Shown one piece after another: positions 24,791-36,865 of a stretch of 64,000 bases of DNA (the stretch's first letter is position 1; each line of letters opens with the position of its first letter). The notes under the pieces were generated by a model, which had not been told where the DNA came from, searched no databases, and worked only from the letters and a program-made list of their open reading frames with translations. The DNA is taken from positions 31,868,001 to 31,932,000 of the forward strand of contig NC_090353.1 of the NCBI RefSeq assembly GCF_035084215.1, in the 5' to 3' direction. Origin of the DNA: Heptranchias perlo (taxonomy: Eukaryota). A program made the position numbers and the translations under genes.

Positions 24791-27134
24791 AATTAATTCT
24801 AATCCAAAATTCAATAATGAAGGACAATAAACATTAGCACTAATAGATTTAGCACTGACAATTAGCACTGTAAAAAAAAAATGCTTGCATATTATTGTGC
24901 GGCAGTCATTGTATTCAGTGAAGAGAGGTTCTGCTGTCCCTGCTACCACCCGGAGATGGCAGTGTAACTCACCATTCATTAATTATACATTCATTCTAAA
25001 ATCAGGTATAAAGGTTCAGGCGTGATTTACACACTCCTGTATTTATCAGTGGTGAGGACTAATTAGAGCAAACAAAACTGCCCAAATCAATCGGGGGGTT
25101 GCCATGCTGGAACTGTACCAGTGCTCCAGTCAGATCGCACCTGGAGGACAGTGTCCACTTTTGGACACCAAGTCACAAGGGAGACATTCAAGTTTGATGA
25201 AGAGACACAAGACTGATGCTGAGTGACAGAGGACTGAGTTTATATGGAAAGGCTGGGGAAACTTGGCCTTGAAAACACAGAAGCTAAATCTGGAACATAG
25301 AATCATACAGCACAGGAGGAGGCCATTCGGCCCATCGTGCCTGTGCCAGCTCTTTGAAAGAGCTTTCCAATTATTCCCACTCCCCCGCTCTTTCCCCATA
25401 GCCCTGCAAATTTCTCCTTTTCATGTATTTATCCAATATCCTTCTGAAAGTTGCTATTGAATCTGCTTCCACTGCCCTTTCAGGCAATGCACTCCAGATC
25501 ATAACAACTCGCTGCGTAAAACAATTTCATTTCACTACTTCAAGTTAAGCTGTGACAAGGAGCACAGGTTTATACTTACGAAAAGCAGATTTAGGACTGA
25601 TGTTGAGAAGTTCTTCACAAAGAATCACCCAACACCTAGAATGGATGATGGATGTGAATCATTTAAGATTGGACTCAGTGATGGGGCTTGGTTGCAGGTT
25701 TGTTGTGAATGGCAGCACCAAATGACCTTCCCCCATCCGTGTCTGTCTTGCTAAGTCTCGAGGTACCGTGATTGTCCTCAGTGCCATTTTGGGCCAGGGT
25801 GGGAGAAGTTAGCCAGGAGTCCCAATTCCGGTCACTATTCAGTGACCCCCCCCCCGCTGGACTTGCACGGGTAGATGTCGGGTGAGGACAAATAACTTGC
25901 CGACAGTGACTGTCTTTAGCCCCTGGATGAAGAACGGCCATTATGTTGAGGTACTGGAGCACAGCGTCTGCCTGTGAACCCCTAACCCAGCACGAGTCGC
26001 TGTGTCTTCAGAGAATGTAGAATAAGAGGAGCAAAAATGTTGTTTTTAACATGACACAGTGAAAGGGATAATCAGTTGACTATCAAGGAATTGTCACAGA
26101 TTTAACAAATATCAAACATAAGCCTTTATATATTTATCACCGTTTAATTGTAATATCTAATCCTTGCTGCCCTCTCCTCTCCCTTCTCCCGCACACAAAC
26201 ACATTCCCTCATTTTTTTTTCCTCTCTCCAGCAGAGGACAGACAGTTAACACACTCCATTGGCTTCTGTCAGTGCCATTCTTAAACTGGTCCCCAGGGGC
26301 TCTGTGAGAGGGACGTGGATTGACTGCTCCTCTGCCTGTCAAACCCCCTCACCCTGCAAACTCAGTTGAGATGAGTAGAGTTTTGGATCGATTGGTGTAA
26401 TCCTGCACCTTGCCATTGGGTGGCACAGCACTCTGGTATAACTGCCATGCCTGCAAGGAATGGACACGTTTCGAAGTTTGTATTTTCCTCAATATTCCGA
26501 CCCTGCTCCAATTTTCTCCACCTCCCCTGAAGGTGCTGATTCTTCCCGGGGTAAAGTTTAACAGGCATTTGCAGCCGCTGGTACCTCAACTAGGTGGTTA
26601 TTGTGTCGGTGGTAACACTTTCGCCTCTGAGGTAAAAGTTTGTGGGTTAAGTCCCACTCCAGAGACTTGAGCACAAAATCTAGGCTGACACTCCCAGTGC
26701 AGGACTGAGGGAGTGCTGCACTGCTGGAGATGCCTTCCTTCGGATAAGATGTTAAACCAAGGCCCCGTCTGCCCTCTCAGGTGGATGTAAGAGATCCCAT
26801 GGCACTATTTTGAAGACCAACCAACATCACTAAAACAGATTATCTGATCATTAGCAGATTGCTGTATGGTCCAACAGGTAGGTTTTGAAAAAAGCATCTA
26901 AAGGCAGAAGGAGCGAGGCAGGGTGATACAGTGACCATCAGGCCGAGACAGCTGAAAGCTCTGTCGCAGATGGTCGAAAGAGGAAGGGTGCACGGGAGGC
27001 CGGAGAGTGAACTCAGGGGAGGGCGTAAGGGTTAAGGAGGTCACAGAGGCAAGATGTGGGGGACGTCATGGAAGGACTTGTAGGTGAGGATGAGGATTTT
27101 GAAATTGATGCATTGAGGAATAAGGAGCCAATTT

Positions 27135-28100
27135 GTGCTAGTATCATGTACAAAACAAGGAATGGATCAATACACTACATTGAGGGTAATCTACAAAACA
27201 AGGACTGGATCAATACACTACATCGAGTGTCATATAAAAAATAAGGAATGGATCAATACACTACATCGAGTACCATATACAAAACAAGGAATGGATCAAT
27301 ACACTACATCGAGTGTCATGTACAAAACATGGAATGGATCAATACACTACATCGAGTATCATGTACAAAACATGGAATGGATCAATACACTACATCGAGT
27401 GTCATATACAAAACATGGAATGGATCAATACACTACATCGAGTGTCATATACAAAACATGGAATGGTTCATTACACGTTGCATAGACTAGGCTTATATTC
27501 CCTTGAATATAGACGATTAAGGGATGATGTAATTGAGGTGTTTAAGATGATTAAGGTGTTGATAGGATAGATAGAGAGAAACTATTTCTTCTGGTGGGAG
27601 AGTCCAGAACAAGGGGGCATGACCTTAAAATTAGAACAAGGCCATTCAGGGGTGATGTCAGGAAGCATGTCTTCACACAAAGGGTAGTGGAAATCTAGAA
27701 CTCTCTCCCTCGAAAAACTGTTGAGTCTGGGGATCAATTGAAAATTTTAAAACTGAGATTGATAGATTTTTGTTAAGCAAGGGTATTAAGGGTTACGGAA
27801 CCAAGGCGGGTAGATGGAGCTAAGATACATATCAGTCATGATCTTAATTGAATAACGGAACAGGCTCAAGGGGCTGAATGGCCTACTGCTGTTCCTATGT
27901 TCTTACACTACATCGAGCATCATATGCAAAACATGGAATGAATCAGTACACTATGTCAAATGTCATATACAAAACATGGAATGAATCAATACACTGCATT
28001 AAGTCATTCAAAACATGGAATGGATCAATATACTGCCTCATGTATCATACAAAACATGGAGCGGATAATTGCACTATATCAAGTATCTGATGCAAAGCAT
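27135..28100 (+). repeat. 43-bp minisatellite (caaaacatggaatggatcaatacactacatcgagtgtcatata): ~8 copies, a CR1 insert, then ~4 degenerate copies
   Basis: Direct head-to-tail units with no unique spacers. Confidence 0.92.
27476..27902 (+). mobile_element. CR1 3' fragment inserted in the 43-bp minisatellite
   Basis: LHRLGLYSLEYRRLRDDVIEVFKMIK and a CR1 tail (cctactgctgttcctatgttc); ttacac occurs on both sides. Confidence 0.87.
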
Positions 28101-29509
28101 GAAATACATTAATAAATTACAGCAGATACAAAAAAAATCTTTGATTTTCTTCTCAGGAATATCAAGGACCATTTGATTCAAGATGTGTTCAGCTGCAAGG
28201 AACGTTCTGTATTTATACATGTGACAATGTTGCAGTCAAGCTGCAGATATAATTATTTTAAGATTCTGAACATAATGCATTTTATTCCTTCGAGACATAC
28301 TTCAAAGGCCAAGTCTGAATATCCCACGCCAGATCATTTGTCACATGTAAATTTCTATGACAGGACACTACCAAGGTTGAAAAGAATGAAAGAAAAGCAG
28401 AGATAAATCAGGAACTAGTGATTAGACGATGCCAACTCGAGTTTTAAAAGCCTGTAGATTGCAGGAGGAAGGAAAGACTGAGGGAGTGTTTCACAGTTTT
28501 GAGGCTCTGGGAAAGAATTAGAATGGATGGGTTTTGATTTCGATACAACGAAGACACAGGGAGGAGAAAGCGCATGTAGGGCAAGTGTATGTCGGAGCTA
28601 AAGAGGAACAGGAGAGGAAAGGTCAGACGTGTTAGTGTTGAGAGAGGCAAGAAAGGTTGCAACAGGGAGGGTAGAAGTAAGATGTTTTATCTTCTATCCT
28701 GACCATTAGCGCAAGAACCAGGCTAACCCTTGCGGTGGTGAGAACCACTGACTGGAAAGGGCTGTCAAAGACAAGGTTGGAAAAACCTATGAGGATCAAG
28801 TCAAAACAATACCCAGGATTTCCAAACCAAACCAAATCGGAACCTTCCGTGAATGTTACAGCATCGAAACAGACCATTTGTCCCATCGTGTCTGTACTGG
28901 TGACCACCCCCCTGCCCCTCCCCCCCCTGCCAGTCCCCCACCCCTCCACACACACACGACCCACCCGGTCTAATCACAGGTCTCCTGCTCACTCCTCATA
29001 TCCTTTTTGGCTCAGATTATAATTTCCTAAAACTAAGGTGTAAATCATACATGTGTGAGCCATGTCTAATATCCAACAATGCTCAATACGATCTTGGATC
29101 AAGTCTCAAAATGCTGCCTGTGTGGGCCTGAACTGAAAGTCTGTGCATATATAATCAATGTCACTCAACCTAGAACCCAACTTGCTCCCTCATAAAAGAA
29201 ATCGGTGAAGCAGGTGTACAAATATTTTCAAGCTCAGTCTTCAAAACGACTTTTGAACAGAGAATATTTCATTGTTCGAAAGCAGCATTTTTGCCCCCAC
29301 TTGCCTCATCCTCTCCTGAAGGTGCAGACTCTCAGCTGAAAAATGGAGCAATATTTTTACAGAAATGAAAATAGATTTATTGGTTGGTGGGAATATAGAT
29401 TCTCCCTATAATAAATCTAACCACACACGCGAGGGGGACCCTTCCTGGTCGCCATTGAGTTTGCACAGAGCATTGCAATGGATAGTTAGAGCAGATAAAT
29501 GTTAATCAG

Positions 29510-30270
29510 TGACCTCTCTCAATGGCTTGGTGTAGTGTTGCCCAATAGAAATCGCTGACTAGCCACAGGTGTGGCTTCGGGGAACACCGTTTTAGCCATA
29601 GGCATTAACTTTAGTAGAAAATGGCTTACACACACTCACACAATGCAGGTAAATGTACTTCACGTGTGTACATTTATTAACAAACATCGACTGCCATTTA
29701 GTAACCAAAGAAGTAAAGTACTCACAATGATCGACAAACACACTAAAAGGTTAAAGTTCACAGGCACACGCCATGCGTATATGAGTATTGAGATCACTCG
29801 CCCAACGACGGTGTCCATTACTCATTTCTTATTTACTAATCAGAAATGCAATTAGCCACATCTCGATTCCCAATTAGCCACATGCGGCGAGCGGTTAACG
29901 TATTGGGCAACACTGCCGTAGTTGGTGAGTGCACTGCCTGGTGTAGTACTGAGCAGTACACAGGAGGAAGTGGCCAGCTACAGTCCTCTGGTCAGTGCTC
30001 AGCTATTTGATCTTAGCTGGGCCTTCAGTTGGGATGCCACAATTAGCTTCAGCATTCCTGGGCTAGGGAGGTACAAAAATCAGCCACTGTCTACTGGAAA
30101 GTGCACCTGGCCATCAGGTGAGGACAACGTCAGATTCAACTGCGATGCCCTCCGTGGTAAAATAGCATACTGTCACGCATGAAGAATGGCCAGTGAGGTG
30201 AGGAACTGGATGGCTGCTAGTATGTAGCCCAGTGAGAGTCAGCGTTTCAGGAGAAGAAGGAGGTAAATTG
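29510..30270 (+). mobile_element. LF-SINE-like ancient SINE interrupted by a MITE (related copies at ~51800-52192, 51300-51590, 5730-5960, 22790-22950 and 25790-26020)
   Basis: tgacctctct..atggct head, cctgggctagggagg..aaaaatcagcca, ggtgaggaca..gatgccctcc, atgaagaatggcca and caggagaagaagg..aaattg resemble the recalled LF-SINE consensus and recur in the window. Confidence 0.6.
29533..29915. mobile_element. Non-autonomous DNA transposon (MITE) with hAT-like ends
   Basis: TIRs tagtgttgcccaata ... tattgggcaacactg. A second, oppositely oriented copy lies at ~52933-53457. Confidence 0.72.
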
Positions 30271-30674
30271 AATATTAAAACAAATTATCAGCAAAAAAAA
30301 AGGACTGAGCTCTCCTGTAAATCTCATACCTACACCCTCTCACTCTCTGGGCTCCTCTGTAAATGACGATCTCTCCTTGCCTGTCTTTGATATATTCTGT
30401 GCTTTGATATAGATTAGAGGTCGAGCAACTTAAAGTTCCGCAAATCAGCTCAGAAGGGACAAACCAGGTTTAAAAAAAATAACAATATTATACAGCTCTT
30501 ATAAAACCAGCATTGTGGACATGGATTGAATTGTTTGTACATTTTCTGGGACACAGTGTCAAGAAATTCACAGAAATACAAGAGTTCTCATGAAATACCA
30601 AATCTTGCATTCTAGATGTAAAAGTATGTCCTATCAGGATCTTTCTTGATAGAATTATCTGTGGGTCATTCAGT

Positions 30675-32165
30675 TTAATCCTGAAAGCGATGCAAGAGTT
30701 CACAGGTCTTTGTCTCAATGATTTCGTACATTTTTTTAATGCGCTTGTCACTTACAGTCCGCACGTAGCTCTCAGCATCCAACACTGCCATTCCATCATG
30801 GACGTCGCCCATTATAAGGAGGGGCCCGTCTGTCAGGGTTATGTTTGGACAGGGGCAGTTCCAGTCCATGTTTATCATTATCACCTCCAAATGCTTGAAG
30901 TCAAAAAACTTAAGCCCCATTTTCTCGTCCTTTAGCACCTCGTCCAGTGTAAATCTGGCAACTCCAGAATCTTGTTCCTCAACGATCTCCGTCACCCTTC
31001 CCACAATAACGTAGTCACTTCTGCAGAAGCTGGGAACGATCTTGTGACGAGGCTTGCAGGCTTTGCACAGTTGGTTTTTAGGAAAAGGACAGGTTTCCTC
31101 ACACACCTCCTTGCTCTCAAAATTATTCTTGTTCCCCTCACAGCCGCCGTAAACAAAAGCGTGGCATTGCTTCATCAGGGAGTTGTAAGCCCACCGAGCC
31201 TCCCACATCTTGCAGGGACCCTGCACCGCGGGGAAAGTGCAGATATTGACTGTCTCATTGATACAAGCCAACCTGCACTCTTCATACGTCTCAAACCGGT
31301 TCTTGCTCCCGTCACAGCCTCCAAACATGAATGTTGAGCACGTGCCCTTCTTATGGTCATAGAACCATCTAACATGTTGGCGGCCACATTCCCTCTTGTC
31401 CGGATCTTTGAAGCACTCTCCAGATGGTAAAGGCTTGGTCTTGCTGGGTGTGCTCTCTCCTGAATGTTCTCGTTTGATGACTGATAATGGGAAGTCTGCT
31501 CTGAGAAGCCCGGCTGCATTCCTTGCAGTGCACGTGTAGATCCCTGCATCCTCCTGCTGGGCGTTGTAAATAACTAGCTGACCGATGTTGGTGACCACCA
31601 CGTTAGCGTACATTTGATCAGGTCTCATGATGATATTTTCGTGGTAGTCGCTCTGTTTCTCCCATGTGATGTCTGGCCTAGGACGCCCACTGACGTCACA
31701 GTGAAAGCTCACCGTGCCTCCAATATAGACGGACTGGTGGAACGGGTTCGTGTAGAGAGCTGGAGGGATGGAGTCTTCCAATGAGGTTGTTGAGATTGGG
31801 TTTATAGTGGTTTCCAAAGGCTGTGGGCTGGTGTTGGGCCAGGTGATGTGATACCTGCAAGTCACAACGGTCAAGCTAATGCCTCTGATGCAGGCCTCTG
31901 CATCCATGTAACATTTGTTGTAGTAGGTCAAGCCGTCCGAGGCACAGGTGAAATTCGGCTCCTTCTCGCACCTGTCCTTGCACTTACAGACGGGCTGCCC
32001 GTCCCAGATATCGCACTCCGAACCTTGCTGAGTGCACACGATCCTCTCACACGTCGCCTCTTTGGGAAGGTCCAAGGACGCTAAGCTGCCATCTGCAAAC
32101 CTTGCTGCCACACAGCTCTTCAGGCCACACACGTTCGTGCAGCATTTCTCAAAGTTCTGACAATC
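30675..32165 (-). CDS. WFIKKN1: WFIKKN1 (GASP-2) copy A, exon 2: rest of WAP, follistatin/Kazal, Ig, Kunitz x2, NTR
   Basis: Acceptor tttcag|GAT at 32166/32165 gives DCQNFEKCCTNVCGLKSCVAAR..., uninterrupted to TAA at 30675. WFIKKN1-type rather than WFIKKN2-type motifs: PPALY, GGTVSFHCDVSGRP, RPDQMY and C-terminal CELLHRFQD. Both Kunitz domains keep six Cys. Confidence 0.95.
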   Translation of the reverse strand, partial: DCQNFEKCCTNVCGLKSCVAARFADGSLASLDLPKEATCERIVCTQQGSECDIWDGQPVCKCKDRCEKEPNFTCASDGLTYYNKCYMDAEACIRGISLTVVTCRYHITWPNTSPQPLETTINPISTTSLEDSIPPALYTNPFHQSVYIGGTVSFHCDVSGRPRPDITWEKQSDYHENIIMRPDQMYANVVVTNIGQLVIYNAQQEDAGIYTCTARNAAGLLRADFPLSVIKREHSGESTPSKTKPLPSGECFKDPDKRECGRQHVRWFYDHKKGTCSTFMFGGCDGSKNRFETYEECRLACINETVNICTFPAVQGPCKMWEARWAYNSLMKQCHAFVYGGCEGNKNNFESKEVCEETCPFPKNQLCKACKPRHKIVPSFCRSDYVIVGRVTEIVEEQDSGVARFTLDEVLKDEKMGLKFFDFKHLEVIMINMDWNCPCPNITLTDGPLLIMGDVHDGMAVLDAESYVRTVSDKRIKKMYEIIETKTCELLHRFQD

Positions 32166-32809
32166 CTGAAATCACAATGGACACAACAGTTACTTCAATG
32201 GGAACGGGCTGATTACCGATCTCTGATAGGTTCCTAACCTTGCTTTTTAATAAGGCACTTCATTGATCTACTGAAATCAACATACAAATCAAAAGCACCG
32301 CACGTTGTTTGACTATCTACACTAGTTTCAACGATGTTGTCAACATTATTTAAGCCACAAGAGGGTGGAATTTCCTGTGTATTTACACCCAGAGACACAT
32401 TGCAATTGGGCAGTAGCACGCAGAGTAAAAGGTCGAGGAAACTCGGGCACAAGTGCATTACACCTGAATTTCCTCGCTCTTTCACACCCATCAATGATCC
32501 CTGCACCTGAACATATCTCAGCTCATTATATTGGCTCCGCCCCTAGGCTAAAAAGCTGTACACACGGATTTCTTGCAGTTACACTGGTTCAAAATGAAAC
32601 ACCACCCACTGTTTGAATATATCTACAATAGTTTCATCTTCTGAACATTATTTCATTCCTATTTCCCCCAATGACTGGGCGCAATAAATCACTGCCCCTT
32701 GTAGTTCCGAGCCACAGATACCAGGAAGCCCCTGGGTTAGATCCTCAGTCAGTGCATTAGTTGGGAGACTACAATCGGCTTCACTTAAGGAAGGGGGAAA
32801 GAAAATCAC

Positions 32810-33200
32810 AGGGACAGGAGTAGGCTATTCAGCCCCTCGAGCCTGTTACGCCAGTCAATTAGATCATGGCTGATTTGTACCTCAAACTCCATTTACCTGC
32901 CTTAGCTCTACATCCCTTGATACCCTTACCTAACAAAAATCTACCGATCTCAGTCTTGAAGGCTTCAGTTGATCCCCAGCATCCACAGCCTTTTGGGGGG
33001 AGAGAATTCCAGGTTTCTACTGCCCTTTGTGTGAAAAAGTATTTCCTGATTTCCCTCCTAAATGGCCTAGCTTTAATGTTAAGATTATGTCCCCTCGTTC
33101 TTGATTCCCCTATCAGAAGAAATAGTTTCTCTGTATCTATCCTATCAAATCCTTTTAACATTTTAAACACCTAGATCATATCATTCCTCAATCTTCTATA
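32810..33200 (-). mobile_element. CR1 3' fragment in the WFIKKN1 copy A intron
   Basis: FKMLKGFDRIDTEKLF..SRTRGHNL..FFTQRAVETWNSLP. Confidence 0.87.
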
Positions 33201-35466
33201 ATTTGACGTCCCTAGGAACTTCGCAATCAATGAATTACTTTTTAAGTGTCGATGCCATTGTTTTGTAGGCAAACGTGGCAGCATGTTTTCACACAGCAAG
33301 TTCGAACAAAATTAACCCTAATCAATTTCGTCCATTAAACTTCAAGTGAGCTGCAAATTAGACACGTGTCCAACAACTGAAAAGGTGGCGGAAGCAGACT
33401 CAATAGCAACTTTCAAAAGGGAATTAGATATATACTTGAAAAGGAGAAATTTGCAGGGTTATGGGCAAAGAGCAGAGGAGTGGGACTAATTGGATAGCTC
33501 TTTCAAAGAGAGACACAATGGGCTGAATGGCCTCCTTCTGTGCTTTTTGATTCTAACTCCCTCAGTACCGAGTTAATCAAGCTGTCATTTCCACATTATT
33601 AAAGATATCGGGTATGGAATCTCTCTGTTACACAGTTAAGTGGAATCATCGATGACCCAAGTCAACAATTTAATGCTGGAAAACAATGACAGAAATTCTA
33701 GTCCTTCAATCTTCCCGGCTGTGCAAACATCCACTCGCTACACACCAGCGTCACAGGATACTAACAGATGTACAGAGGAAAGCCAAAGCTGTTTAAGCAG
33801 CATAATCAAAACGAATGATCTGGATCTGTGTTTTGTGGAGAAATGGTGGGGTAGATGTTTCGTCTTCATGGCCTGGACGGTAACCTGGCAAAGCCTTTCT
33901 AGAACCTACCCGGTTTTCATCCCTTTGATTTTAATGGCTTCTATAAAGTGGGAGGGGGTGGGTGCTATTCGCTCCGCCAGGTTATCACCCAGGCAGTGAA
34001 GGTGAAAATCACATCCCATACGTTCACGATTTCGTTATGCATGACACACAACAACAACGACAACTTGCCTTTAAATAGCGCCTTTAACATAGTAAAATGT
34101 CCCCAAGGCGCTTCACAGAAGCGTAATCAGACAAAATATGACACAGACAAAATATCTTCCCCTCCAGTGACTTTGAACCACAGATCACATGAGCTGAAAG
34201 CTGGTAAATTTGTTGCCCCATCAACTCTTTCCTGATATTACATTTTAATCGGACTGGACAGCGATATTAAGCTGGCGGTATAACTCGGGTCCAAGTCGCT
34301 GTAAGCGCAAAAGAGTCTCAAACTGCCTTCAGTTCTGATGAAAGGCACACTCTCAAAACTTGTGTCTTTTTCTCTTTCCAGATGCCGTTTGTTCCCCAGC
34401 AATTTCCTCCCTTTATTTCAGATTCCCAGCGTTTGCAAGTTTCCTTTAATCAAACTCGGTATATGTAATATCACTGCACCCTTTGACCAGAGAAGATTAG
34501 ATCCCTACGGTCAGTCAGCTGTGGTTCAGTGGTCAACACCATCGCCTGTGAATCAGAAGGTTGTGGGATCAAGCCCCACTCCAGGGACTTGAGCACAAAG
34601 CCTAGGCTGACATCTCCAGTGCAGTACTGAGGGAGTGCTGCACTGTTGGAAATGACGTCTTTTGGATGAGACGTTAAATCGAGGCCCAGTCTGCCCTCTC
34701 AGTTGGACGTAAAAGATCGCATGGTACTATTTCGAAGAAAAGCAAGGGAGTTCTCCCTGGTCAATATTCATCCCTGAACCAAAATCACTAAAACAGATTA
34801 TCTGGTCGTTATCACATTGCTGTTTGTGGGAGCTTGCTGTGCGCAAATTGGCTGCTGCGTTTCCTACATTACAACAGTGACTACCCTTCAAAAGTGCTTC
34901 ATTGGCTGTAAAGTGCTTTGCGACGTCCTGAAGGCGCGATATAAATTAAAGTCTTTCTTTCTTTTCCGTGACTTGTCCCATATTCTAAGCACAACATTGG
35001 TAATAATATTCAAAAAGACCGAGTTCTATTATTACTGAGCAGCAAGAAATTCCACTGACCGAAACTGGATAGCTCTGTCACACCTGGCATTGCTCAGTAC
35101 ACGTTAATGTAATCGGTAAATTGCTCAGAAAGCGCAAGGATCTAAACTGGAAGCTTACTGCAGAGCTGTATCTAATGTGTGGCAGATCAGATAAAAACTC
35201 TTCCGTTTCGACAAAGTGCCCTTATTCAAACTGAGTTGCACAAAAGCGAAAATTAATAAACGACAATTTTCAAGCAGACATCTCCTCTTTAAACATTGAA
35301 GGAAGCCAAGCTGAGAGAGACGACTGTTTGACGCTGAAATTTATGCTGAAAAGCACTTTAGAAAAGGATTCTGCAGCCTTACAAACAAGCAATGGCTTAT
35401 ACTGCACTGCTTAGATCGCAGTAATCTGTTAGGATAGATGTATATTACAGCACTTGTACATTCTAC

Positions 35467-35736
35467 CTCATCAACGTTGCATTCCCTCTCGCAGGTGCTC
35501 TGTGCGTCCACCCACAGTCCTGGATTGAGATGATTTGGGCAGGCGCTGGGGTGGGAGAGCTTTCCTCGGGGGAGACCAGTGCCCTGAGTCAGACCCAACA
35601 AAGATAACAACGCCAGCACGGTCACCAGAGTCCTGGGCTGAATTCCGAATCTCCTGGTTTTCCTCACAAGCATCAATCCCGATCCACTTCTGCTGCACAC
35701 CAAGAAATAAACACATCCACGCAAAAACCCCGGCAT
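35467..35736 (-). CDS. WFIKKN1: WFIKKN1 copy A, exon 1: signal peptide and first half of WAP
   Basis: ATG at 35736 (alternative in-frame ATG at 35673) ...SHPSACPNHLNPGLWVDAQSTCERECNVDE. Phase-0 donor GAG|GTAGAA at 35467/35466 matches exon 2. Full protein 586 aa from the first ATG. Confidence 0.92.
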
Positions 35737-35779
35737 TTTTATGCCCAGTGCAAAAAGGTCCCCCAAACTGTGTTCTAAC

Positions 35780-36005
35780 TTTTTAAAAAAGTTTACTAAG
35801 TGAGTGGAAAGTCAGCAATCAGGCAGTTAAAAAAGGCTGTTCATTGGGTAATGAGGCATAGAGGACAGTCTGTAACCCGAGTAGTGTCCATTGAAATGGT
35901 ATAAAGTGGAAGTGTCAGTGTGAAACTTTTTGACCCAAACCTTTTAGCCTGACAGTCAGGAAAGCCAGAAAAAACATACCGGGGATCTAGCAAATCAAAC
36001 AGAGG
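35780..36005 (-). promoter_or_regulatory. Proximal promoter/5' UTR block of WFIKKN1 copy A, conserved with copy B
   Basis: Reverse complement matches ~61655-61900, for example ctcgggttacagact.tcctctatgcctcattacccaatgaa.agcctttttt, which includes a CCAAT motif. Confidence 0.6.
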
Positions 36006-36865
36006 ATCCAGTTTCTCATTCAAATAATAATTAATGGAATGCATCTCCCAGAAATACAATATCAAATATAATTGTTTTGTAGCTATTTTTAATTGTGTAC
36101 CTAAATCTAAGATATAAGGTCATATCCAGATAGAATTTAAAGCACAGAAACAGGCCACTCGGCCCAATTGGCCTATGCTGTTGTTTATGCTCCAGACATG
36201 TCGCCTCCCTTTCTATTCCTTTCTCCCTCACGTACTTATCTAGCTTCCACTTAAGCTTCCCCTATGGTACTGAGCCGTGCAGATCTATTACAGATTTAAT
36301 CCATTTACATCTGCAAACAATTTCAGTAATAAAAATAACTGAGGAGGATGTTGGAGGCAATAGGAACATTTTGTGCAGCGTCCGAAATGACTTACTGGGT
36401 AAAGGCGCCAGATGCCATGGTACTGAGTCACACAGGCTGGGCAAGTCTCATGGGTGGTCCCTGATGTGCGGTGAGTGAAAGGGCACTTAAGCTACAAGTC
36501 TAGCGTTGGTGCAATGCAGCATCACTTCGATGTTGTAGTGCTAGTGAATATGCAGCCTAAATTACGCTCCCCCATGGGGAAATGGATGTAATCACAGCCT
36601 GATAAATTTTACATAGGTAAATTCTATTATGAAGTGGATATGGGAATTTATAACGGAAAATGTTAACAGGAAGCGCAAACAGATGTAAGATTTTTACTAT
36701 AGAAAAACAATTGCATTTATATAGCACCTTTCACGACCTCAGGACGTCCCAAAGTGTTTTAGAGCCAATAAAGTACTTTTGAAGCGTCACCGTTGTAAAG
36801 TGGGAAAAGGGGCAGCCAATTGTCGCACAGTAATGTCTGTGATGTTCGTCGAGGGATAAATATTA

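Noticed and set aside
27135-27475. CRISPR-like regular repeats and repetitive ORFs
   Set aside because: Units are contiguous with no unique spacers, there are no cas genes, and the context is a vertebrate genome. It is a minisatellite.
30690-32084. Plus-strand ORFs overlapping WFIKKN1 exon 2
   Set aside because: These are antisense shadows of a real coding exon, with no independent motifs.
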